A stretch of DNA of 60,699 bases, counting the filler, from Bipalium vagum (Eukaryota): assembly GCA_037834085.1 (NCBI GenBank). It is 2 parts of 2 records of this genome, joined end to end, with 100 filler letters (N's around TTAATTAATTAA, not from the genome) between each part and the next. Parts side by side here need not be neighbours in the genome. Positions count along the whole stretch, not along the records: positions 29,654 to 60,699 come from JBBMKC010255649.1; 1 more part is not named here. One strand, written 5' to 3'. Below, in pieces: positions 37,705 to 51,500 of this stretch. The notes beneath the pieces were generated by a model. That model had not been told where the DNA came from. It saw only the letters and a list, made by a program, of their open reading frames with translations, and did no database searches. Numbering within the stretch: position 1 is the first letter of the stretch; every line of letters begins with the position of its first letter. A program made the translations under genes and the position numbers.

Positions 37705-38148
37705 CACTGTGGAATACCCCTTGTAAATATTTCATTATTTTGAAAACAGAAAAATATAATTTCTTTTATTTTTTCTTTTAAGTTCCATCAGACCATGTCT
37801 CAATTGCTGATGTTCATACAAATTTCTTTTATTAAAATATTCGTTATAACAAAATCCTTGGTTTACGAAGACCATGTTTCTTCTTTCGTACCAAATTTAT
37901 TAAGCTTTTTCTTAATTTCAAACTTAGGATAGTGGACCGTTTTACGCTTACTTTTCTTCTTGCGGACATGTACGAGACAAGAGGGTAGAGATCGATTTAT
38001 TCTCATTAGAAAGGTTGGGTGCTTCGTACCACATAACTATGCTTTTAATCCTTTCGGTTTCAGCAAGTATTCGCGGACTAGCCATGGAAACAATGATGAG
38101 AAGCCAGTATTGAAGGTCGAAACAGTGCCAACAATAGGATTTATCTTA

Positions 38149-38227
38149 TTAGGTTGCCCAGTATGAAATGTCGTTTTTTGATCTTAATTACTACGAAACA
38201 TACGACATTTCATACTGGACAACCTAA
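38149..38227. mobile_element. 79-bp mariner-derived MITE (MADE1-like architecture)
   Basis: TA + TTAGGTTGCCCAGTATGAAATGTCGT...ACGACATTTCATACTGGACAACCTAA + TA; one mismatch in 26 bp. Confidence 0.93.
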
Positions 38228-38882
38228 TATAATAGAAACTTGGTATAATGTCAATAAAATTCTTGGTAAGCCATGGTAAACCATTTATGGTGGTCACTCT
38301 TAAAGGGGTACTTTCGTCGTAGTGCCTTTTCTTTGATTCTCATCATTAAAAATTTCCAGACTTTAATATATAAATAATACATCTTCGTACCTTTTTCATT
38401 CTTTGCGAGGTTTTTTTTAATGAAAGCATTTAATTTGAATTTTTACAAAAATTTATAAGTGTTGCTTAACGTTGAGTGAGAGCGTCCCAAAAAGATTAGG
38501 GAAGAATAAAAAAGTTTATAGTAAATATGCATAAAAGTACTTTGGTGGAAGTCTCGATGAAGGTTATGATATTCGTAAAAAAGATTTATGATTATCACAA
38601 GCTCAACGAGGAAGCAAGTCTTCTCAGAACAATTCAAAACCTCATTTCAATAAAAAGATTCTGAAAAGTTTCTTGTCTTAGTTTTTCAAAAAATCAAAAG
38701 GAATTTCAGAGAAGACCATCTTGAAAAAGAAAAGAAGTTATGCTTCAATTAAAAATGCAGCAGAAATATTGTTACTACTGACAAAAGCGTATGAGGAGTT
38801 TGGTCATGTTAGGGGAATTTTATAATATTTTAAAACCAAAATCTAAACAATTTTTATTATACCAATCTTTTACAAAATTCAC

Positions 38883-38967
38883 AATAATTAAAATAAAATA
38901 ATTAAAATAAAATAATTTAAATAAAATAATTAAAATAAAATAATTAAAATAAAATAATTAAAATAAA
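38883..38967. repeat. 14-bp AT minisatellite (AATAATTAAAATAA, ~6 copies)
   Basis: Seen directly in the sequence. Confidence 0.85.
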
Positions 38968-41393
38968 TTGAAAATATTAAAACAAATTAAAACAATTAAA
39001 ATAAATAAAAATAAAAATAATAAAATTAATTATAATTATTTAAAATGTGTGTAAAATTATTTAATATTCCCCTATAAATGTTTTATGTTAAGTATGGTAG
39101 AGAACTTTCATAAGCAATTTAAAATTACATTTTATAATTAAATTAAATCAATAAGTAAAAAAAAATAGAAATCTAAATTCGATGTTTAAATTTTTTTTGA
39201 GAATTCCCATTTATGGTGTTGAAAATAAATTAAGAACTTGATCTTCTTGGTGGCTGATGCAAGGGATTTTGAATCTCCCTATCATTGGGTATTTCCAAGA
39301 TTTAACTTCTTAACCATACGCAAAGAAATGCAAAAGACCGTTGCCGAAGCTTTAGAAGATAATTCTAAAGATCTTTACTAGTATTGATTTGAAATAAATT
39401 ATAACCGTTTCCAGAGCGCTATTGAATTTCAAGGAATATATTCTGAATAAGCATATTGAAAAAAATTTTACAAGTTGTCTTTTATTTCCTACTGATCACC
39501 TTTATCGTGGAATACTCAGTGTACGACAAAGAGCGTTACGGGATGGTTCTCAGTGAACTATTTAGTTAATACTTTTTACAATGTATAGTGTTAGGAGAAA
39601 AAAAAGAATCAATAAATACCGCACATTTTGGATAATAATGTTATTTTATTATCTAATAGAAAATATAAAAAAAAATCAAGTAAAAGTCGGTGGTCTGCCT
39701 TTTTATTTGACCGTTTTTTATTTATCCATTCTCATTCTTATTTTTGATCTTTTTATATTGTTTAACAATTTACATAACCCTAAAGATCATCATTCTCAAA
39801 TAATCTCAAAAGGTCCAAGACAAAACCAAAATCTCCCAATCCAGCTTATAAGGAAACTCAAAATGATAAAAGGAATTTATTTCAGTTTCCAATGATTTTA
39901 TAATGGTGAAAGCTTAGGGTAATTTTGAAAAACGTTTGAGTTTCTTTCCCCTCATTTCAACCCTGACAGTTACTGAAGGATCCTCATTAAGTTTTCGACA
40001 AAGATAGACAAAGACAAATCAAGTGTTTTCATGAAAGAATTTTACAAGATTAATCTCACATTTGCCAAAGATAAAAAGTTTGTCCATTAAAATTCTTTGA
40101 AAAGTCTTCAATAATTATCGATTTTCTCTAGAATTAAAACAAAAAAACGTGAAATATTTAATAAAAAGTTCCCATCTAAGCAGAATTAGCTTTTAATTAC
40201 ACCCAATAACGAAACGAATCTGTAATGACACAAGACCGTTGCCAAAAGCAATTGTTTAATCAAAACCTGATAATTTATCTCAACTTTTTCATTGGAAAAA
40301 ATTAAAAAAAATATTTTTTTCAATTATGTATTGTATTAATTTATATGGATATTTTTTGCAAGCAGAAAAAATGTTTTTAAAAGTCGTTTTTTATTCAAAC
40401 CTGCAATTCAATCAATAAAATTAATTCCGATTTATAAATTTAAAACTGTGAGAATAATTTTTTGTTTTAATGAATGGGTAATGTGTAAAAGTCTTAACAT
40501 TAGTAAAGAACGAAGAAAAAAGTTTACACTATAATGTTTTTGAGAATTTGTGCAAAATTTTAAAAAAATTTTTTCATTTTAAAAATTTTTAACTTCGCCA
40601 ATTTCATTAATGGGAAATAAAATTTAATTTTATCAAAATTGTCAGGAAACTTGATATTTTTCTGTTTTATCAAATTTCCTTCAATGAGCAATGTCTATAT
40701 CAAACATGCTAACGATGGTTATCTTTTTTCAGTATATTTAATAAAATAAATAAATAATAATAATAATTTTTAAAAAATAATAATAATTTTAAAAAATGAA
40801 AGTATGACTGTAACGCTTTTATGAATACAGCTGACAGAATCTTCACTATTATTCTGTGGATTAAAACAACATTTTTCACAATTCCTGATGATATCTGAAG
40901 GATGTTGAATTTTGACACTGTAAATTAGATCAAAAACGAACTCGTAGAAAATCAGGACTCGTGAACGATTTTCCAATTAATTTTAACATATATCCGCCTT
41001 CCTAATCACGATCTTAATTAAATTTATAATTTAAATGAAAAACTAGATTAAATCATTAAATTCTGATTGATTATTACAAGAAATTCTAATTAATTATTGT
41101 TTTTCTATTTTGATTAAAATACCTGAATAAATTTAATTTATGAAAATTCTGACTATACCGTTAGGTTTAGTAAATATTTTCATTTTAACATAATTTATTT
41201 TTAAATTAATAAAATTAATTAATTAATTAATTAATTAATTAGATTAATTTATTACATCGGAGTTCGTGGGATGATATACTTCCATGAGTATTGTTTGAAG
41301 TTGTTATTATAAATGGTGTTTGTATTTTTTATAATTTAGTATTAATCAATTTTTTATTTTAACCAATCAAATTTTAGATATGTCATATTTCAA

Positions 41394-41600
41394 ATGGACA
41401 TCAATAAATCTTTAATTCGAGGTTGATTATTATTATAATTTAAAGTATGCACCAAAACAATAGAAGAAGCCAGAAAAATATTTATCGTTTCCGGTGACCA
41501 TTCCGTAAGTTTTCGAACTGCAAAGAAGTGGAAGATTACAGTTTACAACGATGAAATTAAGAAAGTTGTTGATTCAAATTTAAGCGTAACATGGTCATAT
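41394..41600 (+). pseudogene. mariner transposase N-terminal remnant
   Basis: MDINKSLIRG*LLL*FK...EARKIF.VSGDHSVSFRTAKKW. Confidence 0.6.
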
Positions 41601-43399
41601 AACCACCATTTTCACCGTGAACACTCTTTATTTAATATTCTTAGTTTCCAGAGTTTCTTTTTCATATTTGTTAAAAGATTATATTTAGATTATTTTAAAA
41701 GATTTTTAATTTCTCCAGTCAATTTGTTTGAAACTTTATTTTTTCACATTTTGTTTAAATTAATAAGTTATCCTTGCCATATAATTGTAAGAAACCTGTG
41801 CGACGTCTGTTAATGTATGATTGATTTCGTATTCGAAAAATATATCAAGTCACATTTATATAATTTTTTTTCGTACTACATTATTTAAGTTCTTTTGACA
41901 ATTAAAACTCGTTTAAAGAGAATTTAAAAGAATTTATTTCATAATCGAAATAATATAAAATATTAAAATAATAATCTTAAAAAAGTGATATAATATTAAA
42001 GATAAATTCGATGCCTTTGAAAGGTTCAGAAATTGTAAAGCTGACACATTTCATCTCAATAATTAACCTTTTAATGGACTTATTTTAAGCGTTATTGTAA
42101 AATTTGTGAGTTAGAAGGTCGAGGCCAAAAATCACAGGTAAACCGATACTTTTGGTCTAATGAAATTTGTCCTAATAGTTATAATAATGGTTCTAATTAT
42201 AAATCTAAAATAAAATTCATGATCAGAGGCATAGACTGAATATAATTAACGGAGGCAGACAAATGTCACATGAGCCGAGGCTTGAAGAAAGTAACGGATT
42301 GAAATGTTATCCACAAACCGATACGACATGCATGTGATGGGCGAGTTTTTTGAAGAGTTATTATTATTGATCAAAACAGATTTTTTATCGGTGTGAACAC
42401 GATCTTTCAATGCCAAATAAAGAAGGCTTCGAAAAACGAGTTCTCTTCTGGTATCCGTCGTAATTAAAAAATTCAAAAAGAAATAAGTACCTCTAAAGTA
42501 ATTGGCCTTAAAATTATCAAAACAACTAAAATAAGGTAACCATAATTTACAATATTAATGAGAAATAATTTCCGAGCTTTTATTTTAAATTCATTTAAGA
42601 TTTCGAAAGTTCTGATTACCCTCAACAACATTTTTAGTCTTCAAGGATGGGGCTAGATTTTGCAGTCTTTTAGAAAGTTAAAAGATGACCATTGGCAAAA
42701 ATAAAATTCTTTTTAATAAATGAAATTTGTTTAGTTTATTTTATAAAGTTTTCATAAAGCCCGAAACAGCTTTAAGAGTTTCTGCCAATCATACCATTAT
42801 AAAATATATTTAAGCTTTTTTAAAGAGAATTATTATGAAATATCTATCAAAAAGTAAAAATATTTTAAATTAGTTTGGTTTGATTTTTTTCAAATTGGAA
42901 TATACTTTTTATGTTATACTCTAAAATAATACCAAACAGGCCTTCATTTTTTCAGTGTTGGAAACCGACCGCCGGGATTCTATTGATTAATGAAACTTTT
43001 AAATAAACGCCCATATTCGAGAACTGTGGAAAATGAAATATTTAATTATCGGTTTATTGAATTATTTATTTTTCTATCTTTTTAGATGAAATATACCAAA
43101 CATAACAAATTATACAAAATTAAAGCTATAGCTGAGTATAAAATGAATAAAAACATTTCAATGAACATCAAATATTTTCTACAACAAAATTTTTTATATT
43201 ACTTTATTTAGGGAGCTTTCCGGACTCTTGCAACCTGCTGATACTTGATGGTTTAAATTTTTAAAGTGCAATTTAAAAATCATTTGTTATATTTATACTT
43301 GTAAATGAATAAATTTGAATTATAAAGAAAAAAATAGTTCAGAAAAATGACTTAAAGTTGGAATTTATTAAAATTGGAGCTAATGAAACAAAGTTTTAA

Positions 43400-44030
43400 A
43401 TTTAATTTTTGGTAATTATCTTGCAATAGAATAAGTCACTGTCAGGTACAAAATACATGCCACTGTTTCAACAATTGGCATGTTATATCAAGAGCTTCTT
43501 TTTTATGGATAAAGGGCTTTAGAACAGATTTTAGGGTTTCATTTCTGTCAAGCCATTGGTACGATCTTTTCGATTGTCGTAGCAGATCCAGTTTTCATCA
43601 CATGCTACTATTCTTTCAAGAAAAGGACCTATTTTGTCCTTTTCAGATGCCCTACGCATGATTTCAACCGACTCATAATATTTTTTTCAGTCAGTCATGA
43701 GGTATCCATTTTTCCAACTATCTGAATTTACTAAGTGAATGAAGATGGTGCAAAGCTGAGTATGGTGAAAATGCAATTTCCTTACAATTCAAGTAATGTT
43801 TAGTAAGGTTCTTGATCACTTTAATCTTAAAAAACTTGTCAAGAACTGTTCAAGGTTCATTTTCAGGGCTTGATTTGCCAGATCTGAATTTTGAGAACAG
43901 AATAGAAAGTGCATCATTTCAATACACGTCACGAAGATTCGTAATTGCTGTCAAGGCATTATTTCAAATTATAATGATTTATCATTATAATAACTATGAC
44001 TTCATCATTATCCTTTTCTTCAGCAAAATT
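43400..44030 (-). pseudogene. Decayed mariner transposase
   Basis: FSKFRSGKSSPENEP, KWIPHD, PFLERIVACDENWICYDNRK. Confidence 0.8.
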
Positions 44031-44991
44031 TAAATATAGCAGATTAAAATTCGAATCTTGCAATAAATATTATTGAAAAAAAAACATCACGCATTACCTT
44101 GTAAATAAATTAAAAAAATCTATTTTTACTAATTTTATGAGAGATCTCATTTATTTCAAAAACGGTCTTCGAAGATGCAATAAAAAAACGAAATTTTATA
44201 TGCACCAACTCAATATCCAGTTCAATATCTAACAGTCTCGCGTGCCATTAAAACCATACATTATGAATTATTCCTTTTCCGAAACAAATTTTATATGAAT
44301 CTTCAAGCAAACAATTGTTTGATACAAATAGTCCTGTATCAGCTATTTTATGATTATATAAATGTTTAATTTTTCAACCCTTTTCACTTTTTATGATAAT
44401 ATCTAGGACATTTTTACTCTTTCAAAAGTAAATTATTTATTTAATCAATTAGATTAGCTCAGATTGAATTAAATCATTCAGATCATAAAGAGGAACGGGT
44501 TTGAGACACTTTGGAACTGGTATTAACATTGTACAAGTCTTGAAACCTCAGTGCAAGGAAAGGTACGACAGATCATGTTTAATATAATCTAAAAATAATA
44601 TAGTTAATCAATAATTAAATTGCAGAGAAGGAATTGAACAATCGTTAGGATACATAATTGAAAAAAACAACTTAATATTGAACAGAAAGACGTACATTGT
44701 CCTTAGAGGCAATTAGCAAATTAATTATCATTAATAATAAAATGATGCAGAATCAGTGTGAAAAAAGAATAAGGATAAATATTAATATAAATAAGAGAAG
44801 ATGAGTACTCTCACAAAGTAGAAAGACTGCATATTTTCGATTGTAAAGTCGCAGTAAAGATCCTGCAGTTTTTTTCGTTATAAATTATTCATTTTGAAAG
44901 AAATTTATTTTGATAAGGAAAATAACGAGATAAAATAAATGGCTTACCGAAATATTATCCGTAAAGGTTTTCATGATAAAGATAAACAATA

Positions 44992-46171
44992 CTCGTGTTC
45001 ATAGGTATTGGGCAGGTGAAATTAATTTAAAAAAATTAAGAAAATGAATTTTTTTATTTATCTGCTAAAAAATATTATATCTACACTTTGATATATTATT
45101 TTAATATTATAAAATTGGGTTTAATATATCACTTCCCAATAAATAAAAATGACATAGGAAGCAAGACGTGAACTAAGTCAGCTCGAACGAGTTCCCATCA
45201 TTGAGTGGCACGTTAAGTTGGACATTCAAGATGTGGTTGTCAGTGAGCTTGTAATAAATGGCAAGTCCAAATTCATGTGATAATCTTCCCAGGCCAGACA
45301 GGCCTCAAATGATTAACGATAGAAATGAGTGGATATTAGTCAAAGACGTGAGAAATAATCGCTATTTTCCATATCGAATTCTAACTTCCAGTCTTACTGT
45401 GAAAATATCTAGCGTAACATTTAATAGACTTGTTCTACAATTTGGCTACTAGCCTAGGCGACCATTGATTAGAATTGCCCATTTAATGTGGTATAAAGAA
45501 CGCATGAATTAAGGATAAGTAAATGGAAACAAAATTGTTTATTCTGATGAATTTAGTTTCAACTTTGACTTTAATGATGAAAAGATCAAAGTGCATCATC
45601 AGATTATGAGAAGGTTTAATGATGTATGGCGTAGTATGATCGGTATGGTGCAATGGGTTGAGGTGCTATTGAATATGACTGTTGTTGTTTGTTTTTATTG
45701 GGGGAATTCTGAATGTATAGAAATAAATGTAGATATTCTTTCTCTGTTGTATACCATAGAAAACTTAATATTTATGCACGATAAAACGAGAGGATCTACA
45801 TCAACTGTTTCACAAAATTTCCTACAGGAAATTGGACTTGAAATTCTCCTATGGCAGCAAAGTCTCCAAAGTTAAACGGCCTATCATGTATGGGGCATTT
45901 TGGATCTTTATCATTTGATCATCCACCAGCTACTATACATCAACTTAGTCAGCCTTTCATTTTGCAGTTCTATCAAATTCAGACGAAGAATGCAAAAATT
46001 TAATTGAATCCATGCAAATCAGGATCAATGAATTTACATCTAATGATGGACACACATAATATTAATCGACGTCTGTCAATAAAGTAACTTAGTTATAAAA
46101 CAAAAAGTTTATGTAAATATCTCTACGTTATTCGCAATAAATGTTATCTGCCTAACACTTATGAGCACGAG
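44992..46171 (+). mobile_element. Full-length decayed Tc1-family element
   Basis: TA-flanked TIRs CTCGTGTTCATAGGTATTGGGCAG and CTGCCTAACACTTATGAGCACGAG. Motifs RELSQLER, RPDRP, YSDEFSF, FMHD, HVWG. Confidence 0.88.
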
Positions 46172-46718
46172 TATATTTTTGTAATTTACTTGTTAATATA
46201 ATAAAATAACTTTATTTAACTCACAATTTTTAAAATGTTCAAAGAATGTTTACTTTTTCAACTCAGTTGTAAAATAAAGTGACTTAGCATTCCTCCTTAT
46301 AAAAAGTCCGAAAAATATTGTTAAAATAAATTCATGATTACTGAGGTTATGAATTATTTATTTATTATTTTTAATTTTCATAGGAGAAAAATAATGTTAT
46401 AATGTGAAAAATTATAATAGCAAATAATAAGATCTCATAAAACTCTTGAATTCGTTGAGAAAGCCGTTACTAAGAAACGCTACAAAAAGATGTTTTAAAT
46501 GATAATTCATTCACCATTTTCTTTCGCTCTAAGTTTTAATCAAATATTTTTACTAAAGCCATTTTTGTTGAGTTTAGTCAAGTATAAAATCCTTTACTGT
46601 TATAAAAAACATGTATTTATTGAATTTTCAAAAATGGCATTTTACCCTATCTGAATTTTTTGAATCTTTAGAAAGATTTCTCAATCTTCCTGCCTTGGTT
46701 TCTTTTCTTACATTTTAG

Positions 46719-46751
46719 AATTATCCAATATTTTCCCAGAGGATGTAAAAT
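46719..46751 (+). other. Candidate 33-nt microexon A
   Basis: Polypyrimidine tract and TAG acceptor, GTAAGC donor. Open in phase 1 (xLSNIFPEDVK). Confidence 0.45.
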
Positions 46752-46946
46752 GTAAGCATTGTGATATATTCAAGACATACCCAAAGGAGAAATCATTAAG
46801 TGTAATATCTGGACTTTATACAACGAATAACCCAATGTTTTGAACATTAAACATTCAGTTGTTCCACTACTTCTTTTTCGAATCTTTAAAAAATTGTAGA
46901 ATTAAAAAATTTTTTATAATATGCCACAATATTTAAATTTTTAAAG

Positions 46947-47076
46947 GTAGATATTCTTTCACTGTTGTACACCACAGAAAACGTAATACTTATGCTCGGT
47001 AAAACGACAGGATCTACATCAACTTTTTCACAAAATTTCCTACAGGAAACCGGACTCGAAATTCTCCTATGGCAGC
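46947..47076 (+). repeat. Second internal fragment of the Tc1 family at 44992-46171 (similar to 45729-45858)
   Basis: 130-bp colinear match with scattered substitutions. Confidence 0.9.
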
Positions 47077-47908
47077 TTTTTATAAAATTATAAAACATTG
47101 ATATTTAAAACGAAAACCACATATTATATTAATTTATTGAATAAAAAGTTTTTGTTTAAATAACAAAAGATTTTGATGCTTGTTTTAAGAAAATAAATAT
47201 ATTTTTACAGAAATTTTCTCAAGTTAATATTGTGGCTAACAACATTGGTGAAATGTTATTTTCTCTTGGGTGCTTTTTAGGATATTTAAATGATAAAACT
47301 AACTCCAATTCATCATTTCTCATTATCAATATTTACTTAATAAAAGTTTAACGAAAATCATTATAAAGAATTCCATCTGCACTGACCGAATGTTATTATT
47401 AATGAAATTATTGTAAATCAATATTATTTTAATATTAAGAAGCAACAATCGAATAAAATCTTAAATTGAAACTAAGTTCTCTGAGGTTGATGAAGGAATA
47501 AAAGATTTACTAATTCTTTTTCTTTCATTTAGAAAATTCATAAAAAGAGTACTACAATTTATTCTAAAAATAAATATGGATCATATTGAAAATATAAGAA
47601 GTAACGATTAAATAAAACCTCATTGATGTATTTCCCTACCCTGAGAGGATTTTAATAATAATAATATTTAATTATTTTAATAATAAATTAGTCCTAGCAA
47701 CAAGTAGAATAAATGATAAGTTTGTAACCTTAATGAATTTAAATAATTAATTACCAAATTCAATTTCTTTTATCATTTGTTTTAATCATTTTATTATACA
47801 GAATGATCTTTTTAATAAAATTTTATTATATCTGTCCTTTTATAAATAAATAAAATAATCATTTTATAATTTTATTTTTCTTATAACTTTCCTTTTTTTA
47901 CATTATAG

Positions 47909-47941
47909 ATTTATCCAATATTTCCTCAGTGGATGTAAAAT
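47909..47941 (+). other. Candidate 33-nt microexon B (paralogue of A)
   Basis: Polypyrimidine tract and TAG acceptor, GTAAGA donor. Reads xLSNISSVDVK. Confidence 0.45.
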
Positions 47942-48016
47942 GTAAGAATTGTGTTACATGTAAGGTTATTTTAATTATATAAAAAGCGAACTATAAAAAC
48001 AATATTTATATATTTA

Positions 48017-48499
48017 TTCCATACCATAAAAACCTCGATTTATTTATTTTATAAAAGAATTTGTAAGTTTAGGTTGTTTAATTGATGTAATATTGATTAT
48101 TAGAGATGGCGCTCTTAATCCACTATGAGAGGATTCTTCAATGATTTCGGAGATATTCTTGTTCTCAGCTTAACCACCACTGACCAACCAGCACAGCCTT
48201 CAGATTTAAATGCAAACGACATCGGTTTGATCACATCTCTCAATAAGCGAGTTCTTAGGAATAAATTTAAAAATGTTGACGAATTATGGTTTTCATTAGA
48301 AAAGAATTTCTGGCCAACTAAATCTGAAACGTTGACTTCTATTTTTGAAAGCAAATCTCGGAAAATAACGGAAATTATAAAGCAGAAAGGTTTTAATGTT
48401 AATGTACCAAGTTCGTTATAATAAATTTTGTTAATATTATTATTTTTCTTATTTTATTATAATTAATTTTAACAAATCGGGTTTTTTTATGGTACGGAG
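48017..48499 (+). mobile_element. Internally deleted Tc1-family element
   Basis: TA-flanked imperfect TIRs TTCCATACCATAAAAACC and GGGTTTTTTTATGGTACGGAG. ORF DQPAQPSDLN...NVDELW...FES..R...IIKQKG. Confidence 0.82.
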
Positions 48500-49948
48500 T
48501 AAGTATAGTAATAAATATTTTTAATAAAATAATTTTGAAATTGAAGAATTATTATCAGTTTTTTCATTTTTTCTCATTTTAAGATCGATTTGAAAAATAT
48601 CTGTAAATATTTTATATATAATCACTTGGATAAACAACTGAAGAAATTAAAATTTTTAGGGATCAGAAAAGAAATGCTCAGATTTTTCTTCGAATAATTA
48701 AAAAAAAGTATCACGTTTTAATTAACATTTTTGAAAGAAATTATCTAAAGATATTTCGAGAGATTCAAACAAATCAAGTATTGGTTAAAACAACGTACAA
48801 TAAAAATGCTATAAAGTTATGAATTAAAGATAAAAGCAAACAAAAGGATGATATATGGGTCCTAAGTTTCTTCAGGAAATTTATTTGTTTGAATTCTTAT
48901 ATTGATCAAATATAAAAGTTGATTAGGAACACAAATGGAAATTTATAGATAAAAATATCCACTACAAAAATCGTTCTGAATAATTTTTATGAATGCATTT
49001 AATAAATTAAGAATAATTAGCAAAAACTAAAATAATTGCAAAGCTTTTACTTTCACAGAATACACAGGTGCAATATTAGATGGATCTGTTCATAGTGAGA
49101 GAAAGTTCACCTAACGTTGCATTCTATGCATACGCTCTCTAAGTAATTGGATTCAGATAAATATATATAAATAAATAAATAAAAAATATTTTCAAATACT
49201 GAAGAGCATAAGTAAATAAATTAGAATAATATTAGTAAAAAAATTTTTTTATTTCCGTACCAAAGCTAAATAATCAAAACGTTCTCAGTTCAAAGGAGCA
49301 CTAAGAAGACAGTCACAAGTATTATAACAGGGGATGCTTGACAATATTTTCATTATTTTATTTTTAAAAAATATAATTATGATCATCTCATCATGATTAA
49401 ATGTCTTTTGAAAGTTTATATCTCCATATATAGGGGGATTCCCATGATGAATTGAAATATAATAAAGGCGTCAGGTTTTCCACTTATTACGACATAGAAA
49501 TTCTCAATAATAAATAAAATTAAAAGTATTATAATGAAATGTTGTCTGCTTGGCAAAAAGAAGGAAAATCTAAACAAACAATATAAAATGTTTAAGTTAA
49601 TGAACAAATTGCCCAAAGAACGTTATTGATCCATATCTGTTTTAATTTGACCATATCTGTGAAAGTGAATGTCTTACGTAAATTAAGAGAGCGAAAATGA
49701 GTTTTAATATTAATATTAAATTTTATTATTTTTTGAATTATTTTAAAAATATTTTTATTTTATTTTAAAATTATTTTTATTTTATTTATTTCAAAATAAA
49801 ATATTATTTATATTATTTATATTTAATTTATATTTTATTAATATTATTAATATTTTATTTATTAAAAAAAATACTATTTTTTATAATATTACTATGACCA
49901 TACATGTCGTTCCTTAAAAAATCTTTTCTTCTTTAACTTGACATAATA

Positions 49949-50016
<68 letters not shown>
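49949..50016. repeat. (AAT)n microsatellite
   Basis: About 22 perfect units. Confidence 0.97.
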
Positions 50017-50019
<3 letters not shown>

Positions 50020-50529
50020 TAATTTTAATAAATATAATTACATGAATATTAAAAACAGCTTGGGTAAAAAAGTCGATGCTTCATTTCATGTTATGTGGAA
50101 ATACAAAAAAAAACGAACGGAGAACTTTACGAGTCTTCTCCATCAAAAGAGAATAAAAAATCTCGTTCCATGAGAAGTGCCGATTATGCGAAAGCGTTTT
50201 AGTGAGCAGTAATCACCATAATTATAATGATTAACTCAGATAATAATTATGAATAATTAAATCTACATACATTTATTTTTTGATTTTCCCTAAATTCTAT
50301 CCAACCTGAAAAATCAATGAGATTATTGCTGATGGAAAACTGTAAATATGATGGCAAATAAAATTCATCTATAAATCCTGTCAAAATACATAAATAAATA
50401 AATAAATAATTATATATAATATAACGGTATTGAAGGAAAATAATTGCAGCGAATTCAAGGATGATAATGAAGGTGTTGTTTACTATTACATCTACATCTA
50501 CTAACAAAAATCAAAAAGTATTAATTATC

Positions 50530-50530
<1 letters not shown>

Positions 50531-50596
<66 letters not shown>
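50531..50596. repeat. (AAT)n microsatellite
   Basis: About 22 perfect units. Confidence 0.97.
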
Positions 50597-50598
<2 letters not shown>

Positions 50599-50779
50599 TT
50601 GCTTATAATTGATTTTAGCTGAAGTATTACTAAACAGGAAACATTAAATTATGAACAGACTTACAAACTAAGGTAAACCTGAGAGCAAAATGTGAATAAG
50701 AGAATAGAATTATTTGACAAATGTCGATTTGATAATTGGAAACTATTGGCATTTTCATTACCAAATAAAAATTAATAAA

Positions 50780-51500
50780 ATTCTTTGTGCTCAGATCATC
50801 GTGCTATACAAGTGGAGAAAGCATCGTCAAAAATCCCTATCCGCCTCACCTTTATCTGCAGATCAGCTTTAGGTGCATTTGGATCGTTTTTGTACAAATT
50901 ACTGAAAGACTTCAAACGTTTGGCATGATGGCCAAAAATTCTTTCGCTGGTGTTACTGACTCGTTCAATGAAATTCTGTTGGAATTCATTGATGCCATTG
51001 AGTGAGATTTCGGTTTTTTTTCTGGGAAAGTTTTTCGTCGATTCTTTCTCCAAAACGACCTCCTCGTCGTCGTTGTCGGACACAAATCCCGATTGTGGAA
51101 GAATTTTCTGTTCAGAAATCGATTCCGGTTGAATATGTAATGGGCTTGAATGCAAATTCAAAAGACGCGTGGTAATCATATTCATCTCTATGTATCAGAG
51201 TTGCTATGAGGTAACGTCTCTAGTAAAACAATACATGAAATTCTCTTCGCCCGTAATTCTGCAAGTCAATTGCTATAGGCTAAAGTCCGGTTGTTGTGTC
51301 CCAGACTTAGGGATATGTGTTTCATAGGTAAATTGATTTGATGCATAACGCTTATGATAAGCATAAGCAGCATACATCGTATAACAATACTTTGTCCCTT
51401 CGTTTTTGGGAAACCCGAATCTGAGAACTGAGCAAAGACGCTTCTTTATATCGAGCTCGTTAGAACAAGTGAAAGAACAAATAAACGTCTTTTACATCCA
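50780..51500 (-). pseudogene. Unidentified decayed ORF (~235 codons), possibly viral
   Basis: One frame continues from FICSFTCSNELD through three stops into the 129-aa ORF 50796-51185. GC-richer than flanks. Confidence 0.45.

Noticed and set aside
42246-42476. GC-richer 76-aa ORF
   Set aside because: No recognisable motif or splice structure; cannot support a call.
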